Positions 18,627 to 37,998 of a stretch of DNA of 64,000 bases are shown in pieces. This DNA is from Escherichia phage VEc20. The stretch is from sequence record MN022785.1; one strand, given 5' to 3'. A program made the position numbers and the translations under genes. Under the pieces are notes generated by a model. It saw nothing but the letters and a program-made list of their open reading frames with translations. It did not search any database and was not told the DNA's origin. Position 1 is the first letter of the stretch; each line of letters starts with the position of its first letter.

Positions 18627-19623
18627 TTCAAGTGTTATCTATCGTGCGATAGTTACTTCAAAATTTAGAACAGAAAAAATGTTGAATTTTTATAATTCAA
18701 TTGGAAGTGGTCCGGATAAAAACACTATCTTTATTACATTTGGAAGATCAGAACCATGGTCATCAAACGAAAATGAGGTGGGATTTGCCCCACCTTATCC
18801 CACCGATTCTGTGTTAGGTGTAACTGACATGTGGACGCATATGATGGGAACAGTAAAGGTTCTTCCATCAATGCTTGATGCAGTTATTCCTCGTCGAGAT
18901 TGGGGAGATACTAGATATCCGGATCCGTATACATTTAGAATTAACGATATTGTAGTGTGTAACTCAGCTCCTTACAACGCTACTGAATCAGGCGCAGGCT
19001 GGTTAGTATATCGTTGTTTAGATGTTCCTGATACCGGAATGTGTTCAATCGCATCTTTAACTGATAAGGATGAATGCCTTAAATTAGGCGGAAAATGGAC
19101 ACCTTCTGTTAGGTCAATGACTCCTCCTGAAGGTCGAGGAGATGCTGAAGGAACAATTGAACCTGGGGACGGGTATGTATGGGAATATCTTTTTGAGATT
19201 CCACCCGATGTATCTATAAATAGATGCACGAATGAATATATCGTGGTTCCTTGGCCTGAGGAATTAAAAGAAGACCCGACTAGATGGGGATATGAAGATA
19301 ATCTCACTTGGCAGCAAGATGATTTTGGATTAATTTACCGGGTTAAGGCAAATACTATCCGTTTTAAAGCATATTTAGATTCAGTTTACTTTCCTGATGC
19401 TGCATTGCCAGGAAATAAAGGATTTAGACAAATATCAATAATTACGAATCCTCTTGAAGCTAAAGCTCATCCAAATGACCCAAACGTTAAAGCTGAAAAG
19501 GATTATTATGATCCAGAAGATTTAATGAGGCATTCGGGCGAAATGATTTATATGGAAAATAGGCCACCTATTATCATGGCAATGGATCAAACAGAAGAAA
19601 TCAATATTCTGTTTACATTTTAA
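18619..19623 (+). CDS. 8: gp8 baseplate wedge subunit
   Basis: 334 aa as T4 gp8. Confidence 0.9.
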   Translation: MNDSSVIYRAIVTSKFRTEKMLNFYNSIGSGPDKNTIFITFGRSEPWSSNENEVGFAPPYPTDSVLGVTDMWTHMMGTVKVLPSMLDAVIPRRDWGDTRYPDPYTFRINDIVVCNSAPYNATESGAGWLVYRCLDVPDTGMCSIASLTDKDECLKLGGKWTPSVRSMTPPEGRGDAEGTIEPGDGYVWEYLFEIPPDVSINRCTNEYIVVPWPEELKEDPTRWGYEDNLTWQQDDFGLIYRVKANTIRFKAYLDSVYFPDAALPGNKGFRQISIITNPLEAKAHPNDPNVKAEKDYYDPEDLMRHSGEMIYMENRPPIIMAMDQTEEINILFTF

Positions 19624-19628
19624 ATTAA

Positions 19629-19654
19629 GGGAGCCCATGGGCTCCCTTTTTCTT
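19629..19654 (+). terminator. rho-independent terminator after gene 8
   Basis: hairpin GGGAGCCCATGGGCTCCC followed by TTTTTCTTT. Confidence 0.6.
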
Positions 19655-19662
19655 TATAAATA
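19655..19662 (+). promoter_or_regulatory. T4 late promoter TATAAATA (gene 9)
   Basis: exact TATAAATA 25 nt upstream of gp9 ATG. Confidence 0.65.
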
Positions 19663-19686
19663 CTATAAACTCATAAGGAAACCGCT

Positions 19687-20553
19687 ATGTTCATTCAAGA
19701 ACCAAAGAAATTGATTGATACCGGCGAAATTGGTAACGCTTCTACTGGTGATATCTTATTCGACGGTGGTAATAAAATTAATAGTGATTTTAACGCAATT
19801 TATAATGCGTTTGGCGATCAGCGTAAAATGGCAGTAGCAAATGGCACTGGAGCAGATGGTCAAATTATCCATGCTACTGGGTATTATCAAAAACACTCTA
19901 TTGCAGAGTATGCAACTCCAGTAAAAGTTGGCACTAGACATGATATTGATACCTCTACTGTAGGTGTTAAAGTTATCATTGAAAGAGGCGAACTCGGCGA
20001 TTGTGTTGAATTCATTAACTCTAATGGATCAATATCAGTTACTAATCCTTTAACAATTCAAGCTATTGATTCAATTAAAGGTGTTTCAGGTAATTTAGTA
20101 GTAACTAGCCCATATAGTAAAGTAACTTTACGCTGTATTTCATCTGATAATTCTACATCGGTTTGGAATTATTCTATTGAAAGTATGTTTGGACAAAAGG
20201 AATCACCAGCTGAAGGTACATGGAATATTTCTACATCCGGATCAGTTGATATTCCACTATTTCATCGCACTGAATACAATATGGCTAAATTGTTAGTTAC
20301 GTGCCAATCGGTAGATGGAAGAAAAATTAAAACGGCAGAAATAAATATTCTTGTAGATACTGTTAATTCAGAGGTTATTTCTTCTGAATATGCTGTCATG
20401 CGGGTTGGGAATGAAACCGAAGAAGACGAAATCGCTAATATTGCATTCAGTATTAAAGAAAATTATGTAACGGCGACTATAAGTTCTTCAACTGTCGGTA
20501 TGAGAGCAGCAGTTAAAGTTATCGCTACGCAGAAAATCGGGGTGGCTCAATAA
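19687..20553 (+). CDS. 9: gp9 baseplate wedge / long tail fibre socket
   Basis: 288 aa as T4 gp9. Confidence 0.9.
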   Translation: MFIQEPKKLIDTGEIGNASTGDILFDGGNKINSDFNAIYNAFGDQRKMAVANGTGADGQIIHATGYYQKHSIAEYATPVKVGTRHDIDTSTVGVKVIIERGELGDCVEFINSNGSISVTNPLTIQAIDSIKGVSGNLVVTSPYSKVTLRCISSDNSTSVWNYSIESMFGQKESPAEGTWNISTSGSVDIPLFHRTEYNMAKLLVTCQSVDGRKIKTAEINILVDTVNSEVISSEYAVMRVGNETEEDEIANIAFSIKENYVTATISSSTVGMRAAVKVIATQKIGVAQ

Positions 20554-22358
20554 TGAAACAAAATATTAATATCGGTAATGTTGTAGATGATGGTACCGGT
20601 GACTACCTGCGTAAAGGTGGTATAAAAATAAATGAAAACTTTGATGAGCTTTATTACGAGCTTGGTGACGGTGATGTTCCATATTCAGCTGGTGCCTGGA
20701 AAACTTATAATGCTTCATCAGGACAAACACTAACAGCAGAATGGGGAAAATCATATGCCATTAACACTTCATCTGGAAGAGTAACTCTACAACTTCCTAA
20801 AGGAACCGTTAATGATTATAATAAAGTAATTAAAGCTAGGGATGTATTTGCAACATGGAATGTTAATCCAGTTACTTTAGTAGCCGCTTCTGGTGATACT
20901 ATCAAAGGATCATCGTCATCGGTTGAAATTAACGTTCAATTTAGTGATTTAGAGCTAGTTTATTGCGCTCCGGGCCGTTGGGAATATGTCAAAAATAAAC
21001 AAATTGACAAAATTATTAGTTCAGACATTAGCAATGTAGCTCGTAAAGAATTTTTAGTCGAAGTTCAAGGACAAACAGACTTTTTAGATATTTTCCGTGG
21101 AACTAGTTATAATGTTAATAACATCCGAGTAAAACACCGCGGTAATGAATTGTATTACGGCGATGTTTTTAGCGAAAACAGTGACTTTGGCTCTCCAGGG
21201 GAAAATGAAGGAGAATTGGTTCCTCTTGATGGATTTAATATTAGATTAAGACAGCCTTGTAATGTCGGTGACACTGTTCAAATTGAAACATTTATGGATG
21301 GTGTATCACAATGGAGAAGTTCATATACAAGACGCCAAATAAAAGTATTAGATTCAAAATTAACGTCAAAAACTTCTTTAGAAGGAAGTATTTACGTTAC
21401 TGATTTATCAACAATGAAATCAATTCCATTCTCTGCATTTGGATTAATTCCTGGAGAACCTATTAATCCTAATTCTCTTGAAGTTCGTTTTAATGGAATT
21501 TTACAACAACAAGCTGGAACAGCAGGATATCCTCTGTTTTTGTGTGAAGGAGCTAGTTCAGATACACAAGAAGGTTGTATATCTCTTGGTGGTGAATGGA
21601 AAGAATCAAACACAGATTATTCTATAGAATATGAAGATGGAAAACCTACCAGTCTTTTATTTGATAGAAAATTTGAATCAGGCGATATAATCGTTATAAC
21701 GTGGTTCAATAATGATTTAGGAACTCTTTTAGAAAAAGATGACATTATTGAATTAACGGATGACCGTTATGTTAGCAAAGGATCATCTACCGAAGTTACT
21801 GGTGATGTAGCCTTAACGGATTTTGATAAAATCGGTTGGCCAAATGTTGAAAAAGTTGATTCTTATACTAGAACGTATAATTCAATATCATCTATTTTCG
21901 ATAGCATTTATCCTGTAGGTTCAATTTATGAAAATGCTATAAATCCAAATAATCCGGCGACTTATATGGGATTTGGTTCATGGAAATTATTTGGTAAAGG
22001 ACAGGTTTTAGTAGGATGGAATGATGATGTTACGGATCCAAACTTTGCTTTAAACAATAATGATTTAGATTCTAGCGGAAATCCTTCACATACTGCCGGT
22101 GGAACAGTTGGAACAACAACAGTGACACTTGAGAATGCAAATCTTCCTGCAACTAAAACCGACGAAAGAGTTTTAATTGAAGACGAAAACGGATCAGTTA
22201 TTATTGGAGGTTGCCAATATGACCCAGATGAAACTGGTCCTATATATACAAAATATCGTGAAGACTACGCAACAACAAACTCTTCACATACTCCTCCTGC
22301 TAATATTAGTAATATTCAACCGTCTATTACTGTATACCGTTGGATAAGGATTGCATAA
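20553..22358 (+). CDS. 10: gp10 baseplate wedge subunit and tail pin
   Basis: 601 aa (T4 602). Confidence 0.9.
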   Translation: MKQNINIGNVVDDGTGDYLRKGGIKINENFDELYYELGDGDVPYSAGAWKTYNASSGQTLTAEWGKSYAINTSSGRVTLQLPKGTVNDYNKVIKARDVFATWNVNPVTLVAASGDTIKGSSSSVEINVQFSDLELVYCAPGRWEYVKNKQIDKIISSDISNVARKEFLVEVQGQTDFLDIFRGTSYNVNNIRVKHRGNELYYGDVFSENSDFGSPGENEGELVPLDGFNIRLRQPCNVGDTVQIETFMDGVSQWRSSYTRRQIKVLDSKLTSKTSLEGSIYVTDLSTMKSIPFSAFGLIPGEPINPNSLEVRFNGILQQQAGTAGYPLFLCEGASSDTQEGCISLGGEWKESNTDYSIEYEDGKPTSLLFDRKFESGDIIVITWFNNDLGTLLEKDDIIELTDDRYVSKGSSTEVTGDVALTDFDKIGWPNVEKVDSYTRTYNSISSIFDSIYPVGSIYENAINPNNPATYMGFGSWKLFGKGQVLVGWNDDVTDPNFALNNNDLDSSGNPSHTAGGTVGTTTVTLENANLPATKTDERVLIEDENGSVIIGGCQYDPDETGPIYTKYREDYATTNSSHTPPANISNIQPSITVYRWIRIA

Positions 22359-23017
22359 TGAGTTTACTTAATAATAAAGCGGGAGTTATTTCCCGCTTAG
22401 CAGATTTTCTTGGTTTTAGAACTAAGAAAAATGATATTTCGGTTATGAATAATCAGCCAGTAGGCGCTGTAACAATTTCACAAATAGCAAAAGGTTTTTA
22501 TGACCCAAATGTAGAATCTGCTATCAATGATGTTAGAAATATGGCAGAGCAACAGGTTGGAGCTGTATTAGTTAATATAAGCGGCGTATCTCCTACTGGC
22601 GTGCAACAAACAGACTATTGGTCATTTGAAGGAACCGTTACTGATACTTCAGCCAAACCAGGTGATCCAGTTATTGTTAACATGTTTGGTATTCCAGTTA
22701 AAGCTACTAATGGAATGACTTCAATTGAATTTACTAGTGCTGTTAGAACAGCTCTACAGGAAATGGTTGTAAAATTTATTGCAATTGATTCATTTGAAGA
22801 CCATCCTACTATAGGGAATAAAATACAAGTTAAGTATTTAGATAACCAAGAACATATCTTAGAGCAATACTCTGATAAAGGAATTACTTTCAAACAAGAA
22901 ATAATTTCTCCTTCTAAACCCGGGTATGGAACTTGGCAATTATTAGGTGCGCAAACTGTTACGCTAGATAGTCACACACAACCTACAGTATTTTATTATT
23001 TTGAGAGAATAGCATGA
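22358..23017 (+). CDS. 11: gp11 baseplate wedge / short tail fibre attachment
   Basis: 219 aa from ATG overlapping gp10 stop (ORF track start 22340 is an extension). Confidence 0.85.
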   Translation: MSLLNNKAGVISRLADFLGFRTKKNDISVMNNQPVGAVTISQIAKGFYDPNVESAINDVRNMAEQQVGAVLVNISGVSPTGVQQTDYWSFEGTVTDTSAKPGDPVIVNMFGIPVKATNGMTSIEFTSAVRTALQEMVVKFIAIDSFEDHPTIGNKIQVKYLDNQEHILEQYSDKGITFKQEIISPSKPGYGTWQLLGAQTVTLDSHTQPTVFYYFERIA

Positions 23018-24564
23018 GTAACAATACATATCAGCACGTATCAAATGAATCAAAATATGTTAAATTCGATCCCACTGGATCGAATTTTCCTGGCACTGTT
23101 ACGACAGTACAGTCTGCATTATCAAAAATAAGTAATATCGGCGTAAATGGTATTCCTGATGCAACTATGGAAGTTAAAGGAATAGCAATGATTGCATCAG
23201 AGCAAGAGGTTTTAGATGGAACAAATAATTCTAAAATCGTTACACCAGCTACATTAGCAACAAGATTATTGTATCCAAATGCTACTGAAACTAAATATGG
23301 TTTAACGCGCTATTCAACAAATGAAGAAACATTAGAAGGCTTAGATAATAATTCATCAATAACGCCGCAAAAACTGAAATACCATACTGATGATGTGTTC
23401 CAAAATAGATATTCGTCTGAGTCATCAAACGGGGTTATTAAAATATCATCTACGCCTGCAGCTTTGGCTGGTGTCGATGATACTACGGCGATGACTCCGT
23501 TGAAAACCCAAAAACTTGCAATAAAATTAATTTCACAAATAGCTCCTTCCGAAGATACTGCATCAGAATCTGTGAGAGGTGTGGTTCAATTATCAACTGT
23601 TGCGCAAACTCGTCAAGGAACTCTCCGCGAAGGATATGCAATTTCTCCGTATACCTTTATGAATTCTGTTGCAACACAAGAATATAAGGGTGTTATACGT
23701 TTAGGAACACAATCGGAAATTAACAGTAATTTAGGAGATGTTGCAGTAACAGGTGAAACACTAAATGGTCGAGGAGCTACTGGTTCTATGCGTGGAGTAG
23801 TTAAATTAACGACGCAAGCCGGTATTGCCCCTGAAGGTGATAGTTCTGGAGCATTAGCGTGGAACGCAGATGTAATTAATACGCGTGGTGGACAAACTAT
23901 TAATGGTTCTTTAAATTTAGACCATCTTACAGCAAACGGAATTTGGTCGCGCGGCGGAATGTGGAAAAATGGCGATCAACCTGTTGCCACTGAAAGATAT
24001 GCGTCCGAACGAGTTCCGGTTGGAACTATTATGATGTTTGCGGGTGATTCAGCACCTCCAGGTTGGATTATGTGTCATGGTGGAACCGTGTCAGGTGACC
24101 AATTTCCTGATTATAGAAACGTAGTTGGAACAAGATTTGGTGGTGATTGGAATAATCCTGGTATTCCTGATATGCGAGGTCTTTTCGTCAGAGGAGCCGG
24201 CACAGGCGGTCATATTTTAAATCAACGGGGACAAGATGGTTATGGGAAGGATAGACTTGGCGTAGGATGTGACGGAATGCATGTTGGTGGTGTTCAAGCA
24301 CAACAAATGTCATACCATAAACACGCCGGTGGTTGGGGGGAATATAACAGAAGTGAAGGCCCATTTGGCGCGTCTGTTTATCAAGGATATCTTGGAACTA
24401 GAAAATATTCCGACTGGGATAACGCTTCATACTTCACCAATGATGGATTTGAATTAGGTGGACCAAGAGATGCTCATGGTACACTTAATCGTGAAGGATT
24501 AATTGGTTATGAAACTAGACCATGGAATATATCATTAAACTATATTATTAAAGTTCATTACTAA
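23014..24564 (+). CDS. 12: gp12 short tail fibre
   Basis: 516 aa; N-terminus [13 protein letters not shown] as T4 gp12; divergent middle. Confidence 0.9.
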   Translation: MSNNTYQHVSNESKYVKFDPTGSNFPGTVTTVQSALSKISNIGVNGIPDATMEVKGIAMIASEQEVLDGTNNSKIVTPATLATRLLYPNATETKYGLTRYSTNEETLEGLDNNSSITPQKLKYHTDDVFQNRYSSESSNGVIKISSTPAALAGVDDTTAMTPLKTQKLAIKLISQIAPSEDTASESVRGVVQLSTVAQTRQGTLREGYAISPYTFMNSVATQEYKGVIRLGTQSEINSNLGDVAVTGETLNGRGATGSMRGVVKLTTQAGIAPEGDSSGALAWNADVINTRGGQTINGSLNLDHLTANGIWSRGGMWKNGDQPVATERYASERVPVGTIMMFAGDSAPPGWIMCHGGTVSGDQFPDYRNVVGTRFGGDWNNPGIPDMRGLFVRGAGTGGHILNQRGQDGYGKDRLGVGCDGMHVGGVQAQQMSYHKHAGGWGEYNRSEGPFGASVYQGYLGTRKYSDWDNASYFTNDGFELGGPRDAHGTLNREGLIGYETRPWNISLNYIIKVHY

Positions 24565-26031
<1,467 letters not shown>

Positions 26032-26062
26032 CATGGGGCCGCAAGGCCCCAAAGGATTTTAA

Positions 26063-27764
<1,702 letters not shown>

Positions 27765-27805
27765 TAAATATTATAAACTAATTAAAGCCCAGATTAGGAG
27801 AAATC

Positions 27806-30946
<3,141 letters not shown>

Positions 30947-30974
30947 TATTAAAGCATATTAAAGAGGATTAAAA

Positions 30975-32954
30975 ATGACTTTATTATCTCCGGGCATTGA
31001 GCTCAAAGAAACTACGGTTCAAAGCACCGTGGTTAATAACTCTACTGGTACAGCAGCTTTGGCCGGTAAATTCCAGTGGGGTCCTGCTTTTCAGATTAAA
31101 CAGGTTACAAACGAAGTAGATTTAGTTAATACTTTTGGTCAACCTACAGCTGAAACTGCTGACTATTTTATGTCTGCAATGAATTTCTTACAATATGGAA
31201 ATGATTTGCGAGTTGTGCGCGCTGTCGATAGAGATACCGCTAAAAACTCATCTCCGATTGCTGGTAATATTGAATACACAATTTCTACCCCAGGTAGTAA
31301 CTACGCGGTTGGAGATAAAATCACGGTCAAATATGTTTCAGAAGATGTTGAAACAGAAGGTAAAATTACCGAAGTAGATGCTGATGGAAAAATTAAGAAA
31401 ATTAATATTCCTACTGCAAAAATTATTGCTAAAGCTAAAGAAGTTGGCGAATACCCAACATTAGGTTCTAACTGGACTGCAGAAATTTCTTCATCTTCTT
31501 CCGGTTTAGCTGCAGTAATAACTCTTGGAAAAATTATTACTGATTCTGGTATTTTATTAGCTGAAATTGAAAATGCTGAAGCTGCTATGACAGCGGTTGA
31601 CTTTCAAGCAAATCTTGAAAAATATGGAATTCCAGGAGTAGTAGCTCTCTATCCAGGCGAATTAGGCGATAAAATTGAAATTGAAATCGTATCTAAAGCT
31701 GACTATGCGAAAGGAGCTTCTGCATTACTCCCAATTTATCCAGGTGGTGGTACTCGTGCATCTACTGCTAAAGCGGTGTTTGGATATGGACCACAAACTG
31801 ATTCACAGTACGCTATTATAGTTCGTCGAAATGATGCTATTGTTCAAAGCGTTGTTCTTTCAACTAAGCGTGGTGAAAAAGATATTTACGATAGTAACAT
31901 CTATATCGATGACTTTTTCGCAAAAGGTGGTTCAGAATATATTTTTGCAACTGCACAAAACTGGCCAGAAGGCTTCTCTGGAATTTTAACTCTGTCTGGT
32001 GGATTATCATCAAATGCTGAAGTAACAGCAGGAGATTTGATGGAAGCTTGGGACTTCTTTGCTGACCGTGAATCTGTTGACGTTCAACTGTTTATTGCGG
32101 GTTCTTGTGCTGGTGAATCTTTAGAAACAGCATCTACTGTCCAAAAACACGTCGTTTCAATTGGTGATGCTCGTCAAGATTGCTTAGTATTGTGCTCACC
32201 ACCGCGTGAAACTGTAGTTGGAATTCCTGTAACCCGTGCTGTTGATAACTTAGTCAATTGGAGAACTGCAGCAGGTTCATACACTGATAATAACTTTAAT
32301 ATCAGTTCAACCTACGCAGCAATTGATGGTAACTACAAATATCAGTATGACAAATATAATGATGTGAATCGTTGGGTCCCATTAGCAGCTGATATTGCTG
32401 GATTGTGTGCAAGAACTGATAACGTATCTCAGACTTGGATGTCTCCAGCTGGTTATAATCGTGGCCAGATTCTTAACGTTATTAAACTTGCTATTGAAAC
32501 TCGCCAGGCTCAGCGCGACCGTTTATACCAAGAAGCTATCAACCCAGTAACTGGTACAGGTGGTGATGGTTACGTATTGTATGGTGATAAAACAGCTACT
32601 TCTGTTCCTTCTCCATTTGATCGTATTAACGTTCGTCGTCTGTTTAATATGTTGAAAACGAATATCGGACGTAGTTCAAAATATCGTTTGTTCGAATTAA
32701 ACAACGCGTTTACTCGTTCATCATTCCGCACAGAAACTGCCCAATACTTACAGGGAATTAAAGCTCTCGGTGGAATTTATGAATATCGTGTAGTTTGCGA
32801 TACAACAAATAACACTCCGTCAGTAATTGATAGAAATGAGTTTGTTGCAACATTCTACATCCAACCGGCTCGTAGTATAAATTATATCCAACTTAATTTC
32901 GTCGCAACTGCTACTGGTGCAGATTTTGATGAGTTAACTGGTCTTGCAGGTTAA
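30975..32954 (+). CDS. 18: tail sheath protein
   Basis: 659 aa as T4 gp18. Confidence 0.95.
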   Translation: MTLLSPGIELKETTVQSTVVNNSTGTAALAGKFQWGPAFQIKQVTNEVDLVNTFGQPTAETADYFMSAMNFLQYGNDLRVVRAVDRDTAKNSSPIAGNIEYTISTPGSNYAVGDKITVKYVSEDVETEGKITEVDADGKIKKINIPTAKIIAKAKEVGEYPTLGSNWTAEISSSSSGLAAVITLGKIITDSGILLAEIENAEAAMTAVDFQANLEKYGIPGVVALYPGELGDKIEIEIVSKADYAKGASALLPIYPGGGTRASTAKAVFGYGPQTDSQYAIIVRRNDAIVQSVVLSTKRGEKDIYDSNIYIDDFFAKGGSEYIFATAQNWPEGFSGILTLSGGLSSNAEVTAGDLMEAWDFFADRESVDVQLFIAGSCAGESLETASTVQKHVVSIGDARQDCLVLCSPPRETVVGIPVTRAVDNLVNWRTAAGSYTDNNFNISSTYAAIDGNYKYQYDKYNDVNRWVPLAADIAGLCARTDNVSQTWMSPAGYNRGQILNVIKLAIETRQAQRDRLYQEAINPVTGTGGDGYVLYGDKTATSVPSPFDRINVRRLFNMLKTNIGRSSKYRLFELNNAFTRSSFRTETAQYLQGIKALGGIYEYRVVCDTTNNTPSVIDRNEFVATFYIQPARSINYIQLNFVATATGADFDELTGLAG

Positions 32955-32962
32955 TTGATTAT

Positions 32963-32976
32963 GGGGCTTCGGCCCC
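32963..32976 (+). terminator. stable hairpin GGGGC-UUCG-GCCCC after gene 18 (terminator/processing element; no strong U-tract)
   Basis: perfect 5-bp GC stem with UUCG tetraloop directly after gp18 stop. Confidence 0.4.
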
Positions 32977-32993
32977 TATTCTCGAGGAAACAA

Positions 32994-33599
32994 GTGATTA
33001 TTTCTAAGTTTGTTACAATAAAACCAAGAAATCATTCAAAAATGTGGTCGACAATTCTGGGATATAAAGTATCATATCATGATACAGTATCTGTTCCAAT
33101 AGAATTAATGCCAAAGAATAGTAATAAAATAGTTGACGCTAAATGTGATTTGTGTGGTATTAAATTTAGTAGAAGCATTCAGCTTTTAAATAGAACACCC
33201 ACACATGCATGTAGAAAATGTAGCATTAAACAAGTTGCTATTAAAAATTCGGAAGTTCAATCTGGAATAAGTAGACCATGGCAAAGAGGTGATAAACATC
33301 CTCGATGGACTGGTAAAAGAAAAGAGTTTGCATTATATGCTAGTAGAGTTCATTCTATAACTAAGTCAGCTAAAATAAGAAAAATTTGGTCAAAATGGCC
33401 GAATGCTGATAAAATAGGAGTGTGTGGCGTAGAAGGTGCTTACCAACTCGATCATAAAGTATCTATCAAATATGGATTTGATAATTTAATTCCGCCGGAA
33501 ATTATAGCAAGCGTAAAAAATTTAGAAATAATCACTTGGGAATCTAACCGAGAAAAGTCAAAAAGAAATAGCGTAGATCTTTGGGATTTACTAGAATGA
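32994..33599 (+). CDS. HNH homing endonuclease (free-standing), start uncertain
   Basis: C-terminal HNH motif QLDHKVSIKYG...NLEIITWESNREK plus Cys pairs CDLC and CRKC; GTG at 32994 has AGGAAA RBS; ORF-track TTG start 32955 lies in the hairpin. Confidence 0.7.
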   Translation: MIISKFVTIKPRNHSKMWSTILGYKVSYHDTVSVPIELMPKNSNKIVDAKCDLCGIKFSRSIQLLNRTPTHACRKCSIKQVAIKNSEVQSGISRPWQRGDKHPRWTGKRKEFALYASRVHSITKSAKIRKIWSKWPNADKIGVCGVEGAYQLDHKVSIKYGFDNLIPPEIIASVKNLEIITWESNREKSKRNSVDLWDLLE

Positions 33600-33684
33600 T
33601 TCTAAAGGCCTGTTTCGGCAGGCCATATAAATACACTATATCCTTAATTCTTTAATTCTATATGCCCTAGGTTAAACATAGGGA

Positions 33685-33692
33685 TATAAATA
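33685..33692 (+). promoter_or_regulatory. T4 late promoter TATAAATA (gene 19)
   Basis: exact TATAAATA 15 nt upstream of gp19 ATG. Confidence 0.65.
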
Positions 33693-33706
33693 CTACAGAG
33701 GCTAAT

Positions 33707-34198
33707 ATGTTTGTAGATGATGTAACACGAGCGTTTGAATCTGGTGATTTTGCTCGACCTAACTTATTCCAAGTAGAAATTTCTTATCTTGGACAAAATT
33801 TTACATTCCAATGTAAAGCCACTGCTTTACCAGCTGGTATTGTAGAAAAAATTCCAGTCGGATTTATGAACCGTAAAATTAACGTAGCAGGCGATCGTAC
33901 ATTCGATGACTGGACTGTTACAGTAATGAACGATGAAGCTCATGATGCTCGCCAGAAGTTTGTTGATTGGCAAAGCATTGCTGCTGGTCAAGGAAACGAA
34001 ATTACTGGTGGAAAACCTGCAGAGTATAAAAAGAGCGCTATTGTTCGTCAATATGCTCGTGATGCTAAAACAGTAACAAAAGAAATTGAAATTAAAGGTC
34101 TGTGGCCTACTAACGTGGGTGAACTTCAATTAGATTGGGATTCAAACAATGAAATCCAAACCTTTGAAGTAACTCTTGCTCTCGATTATTGGGAATAA
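33707..34198 (+). CDS. 19: tail tube protein
   Basis: 163 aa as T4 gp19. Confidence 0.9.
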   Translation: MFVDDVTRAFESGDFARPNLFQVEISYLGQNFTFQCKATALPAGIVEKIPVGFMNRKINVAGDRTFDDWTVTVMNDEAHDARQKFVDWQSIAAGQGNEITGGKPAEYKKSAIVRQYARDAKTVTKEIEIKGLWPTNVGELQLDWDSNNEIQTFEVTLALDYWE

Positions 34199-34230
34199 AA
34201 TGAATGGGGAGAAATCCCCATCCTGCTTAA

Positions 34231-35855
<1,625 letters not shown>

Positions 35856-35856
<1 letters not shown>

Positions 35857-36095
35857 TGGAAGGTTTAATTGAAGCTATTAAATCAAACGACCTCGTAGCC
35901 GCTCGTAAATTATTTGCTGAAGCCATGGCTGCAAGAACGACTGATTTAATTAAAGAAGAAAAAATCGCTATCGCTCGTAATTTCTTAATCGAAGGTGAAG
36001 AACCTGATGACGAGGATGATGACGAAGACGAAGATAGTGATGATAAAGACGACAAAAAAGACAAAGACTCTGACGAAGACGAGGATGATGAATAA
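35856..36095 (+). CDS. 67: gp67 prohead core protein (acidic C-terminus)
   Basis: 79 aa; poly-Asp/Glu tail; position after gene 20. Confidence 0.85.
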
Positions 36096-36520
36096 TGCTT
36101 CTGATCCCTGAAACTCATGAATTAGTTCTCGAGAATGTCGAAGCACTTATTCCTGAAGCACAGGGTCGCTTTGACGAATTGTCTTCTGCTTTAAATAAAG
36201 ACGATATAAATACAATTGTCGAGAATATGCTTGATGATGAAACTGATTTAGCGGTTGCATTAGCTTCTATTAATGAAAATATGCCGTTAAATGAATTTAT
36301 CGTTAAACATGTTTCCGCCCGTGGTGAAATTACTCGCACTAAAGACCGCAAAACGCGTGAACGTAATGCATTTCAAACCACTGGGCTGTCTAAAGCAAAA
36401 CGTAGACAAATTGCTCGTAAAGCTACCAAAACGAAGATTGCCAATCCAGCAGGTCAATCTCGTGCTCAGCGTAAGCGTAAAAAAGCTCTTAAACGCCGTA
36501 AAGCATTAGGATTAAGCTAA
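36095..36520 (+). CDS. 68: gp68 prohead core protein
   Basis: 141 aa as T4 gp68; basic C-terminus. Confidence 0.85.
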
Positions 36521-37158
36521 TGAATGAACCCCAATTACTAATTGAAACTTGGGGTCAACCTGGCGAAATTATTGATGGCGTACCAATGCTTGAATCTCAC
36601 GATGGAAAAGACTTAGGTTTAAAACCGGGTTTATACATCGAAGGAATATTCATGCAAGCGGAAGTCGTCAATAGAAATAAACGTCTTTATCCAAAACGTA
36701 TATTAGAAAAAGCGGTAAAAGACTATATTAATGAGCAAGTTTTAACTAAACAAGCTCTCGGAGAATTAAATCATCCTCCACGCGCTAATGTTGACCCGAT
36801 GCAAGCCGCTATCATTATAGAAGATATGTGGTGGAAAGGAAATGACGTATACGGACGAGCTCGTGTTATTGAAGGTGACCATGGTCCTGGAGATAAATTA
36901 GCAGCTAATATTCGTGCCGGATGGATTCCAGGAGTTTCTTCTCGTGGATTAGGTTCATTGACTGACACGAATAAAGGTTATCGTATCGTAAACGAAGGAT
37001 TCAAATTAACTGTAGGTGTTGATGCAGTATGGGGTCCAAGTGCTCCAGATGCATGGGTAACTCCTAAGGAAATTACCGAATCACAGACGGCGGAAGCCGA
37101 TACAAGTGCCGATGACGCCTATATGGCTCTCGCAGAGGCCATGAAAAAAGCGTTATAA
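36520..37158 (+). CDS. 21: prohead core protease
   Basis: 212 aa as T4 gp21. Confidence 0.9.
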   Translation: MNEPQLLIETWGQPGEIIDGVPMLESHDGKDLGLKPGLYIEGIFMQAEVVNRNKRLYPKRILEKAVKDYINEQVLTKQALGELNHPPRANVDPMQAAIIIEDMWWKGNDVYGRARVIEGDHGPGDKLAANIRAGWIPGVSSRGLGSLTDTNKGYRIVNEGFKLTVGVDAVWGPSAPDAWVTPKEITESQTAEADTSADDAYMALAEAMKKAL

Positions 37159-37161
37159 ATA
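37154..37161 (+). promoter_or_regulatory. T4 late promoter TATAAATA (gene 22)
   Basis: exact TATAAATA 28 nt upstream of gp22 ATG. Confidence 0.65.
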
Positions 37162-37188
37162 TTATTATCTAAACAACAGGACTACAAA

Positions 37189-37998
37189 ATGCTTAAAGAA
37201 CAACTGATTGCCGAAGCGCAGAAAATTGATGCTTCCGTTGCTCTTGATAGTATTTTCGAATCAGTTAATATTTCTCCGGAAGCAAAAGAAACTTTCGGCA
37301 CTGTATTCGAAGCTACCGTCAAGCAGCACGCCGTTAAATTAGCTGAATCTCATATCGCTAAAATTGCTGAAAAAGCAGAAGAAGAAGTAGAAAAAAATAA
37401 AGAAGAAGCAGAAGAAAAAGCTGAGAAGAAAATCGCTGAGCAAGCTTCTAAATTCCTTGACCATCTTGCAAAAGAATGGCTCACTGAAAATAAATTAGCA
37501 GTTGATAAAGGCATCAAAGCCGAACTGTTTGAATCCATGCTTGGTGGATTAAAAGAGCTCTTTGTTGAACACAACGTTGTTGTTCCAGAAGAATCAGTTG
37601 ATGTTGTAGCTGAAATGGAAGAAGAGCTGCAAGAACATAAAGAAGAATCAGCTCGTCTGTTCGAAGAACTCAATAAGCGTGACGCATATATCAATTATGT
37701 GCAGCGTGAAGTGGCATTGAGCGAAAGTACTAAAGATCTGACTGAGTCTCAAAAAGAAAAAGTCTCTGCTCTGGTCGAAGGTATGGATTATTCAGATGCA
37801 TTCTCAAGTAAATTGAGTGCAATCGTAGAAATGGTGAAGAAATCTAATAAAGATGAAAGCACTATTACTGAGAGTATAAATACTCCTGATACTGAAGCAG
37901 CCGGACTGAATTTCGTCACTGAAGCTGTAGAAGATAAAGCTGCACCTGGTGCAGAAGATATTGTAAGTGTATATGCGAAAGTCGCATCTCGTTTCTAA
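37189..37998 (+). CDS. 22: prohead core scaffold protein
   Basis: 269 aa as T4 gp22; helical/acidic. Confidence 0.9.
   Translation: MLKEQLIAEAQKIDASVALDSIFESVNISPEAKETFGTVFEATVKQHAVKLAESHIAKIAEKAEEEVEKNKEEAEEKAEKKIAEQASKFLDHLAKEWLTENKLAVDKGIKAELFESMLGGLKELFVEHNVVVPEESVDVVAEMEEELQEHKEESARLFEELNKRDAYINYVQREVALSESTKDLTESQKEKVSALVEGMDYSDAFSSKLSAIVEMVKKSNKDESTITESINTPDTEAAGLNFVTEAVEDKAAPGAEDIVSVYAKVASRF

Larger units (their letters stand above)
32955..33599 (+). mobile_element. homing-endonuclease insertion between genes 18 and 19
   Basis: HNH gene occupies an intergenic slot between two conserved adjacent structural genes. Confidence 0.55.

Noticed and set aside
27765-27805. Possible late promoter upstream of gene 15 (aataaatattataaac)
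   Set aside because: No exact TATAAATA; too degenerate to call without transcript mapping.
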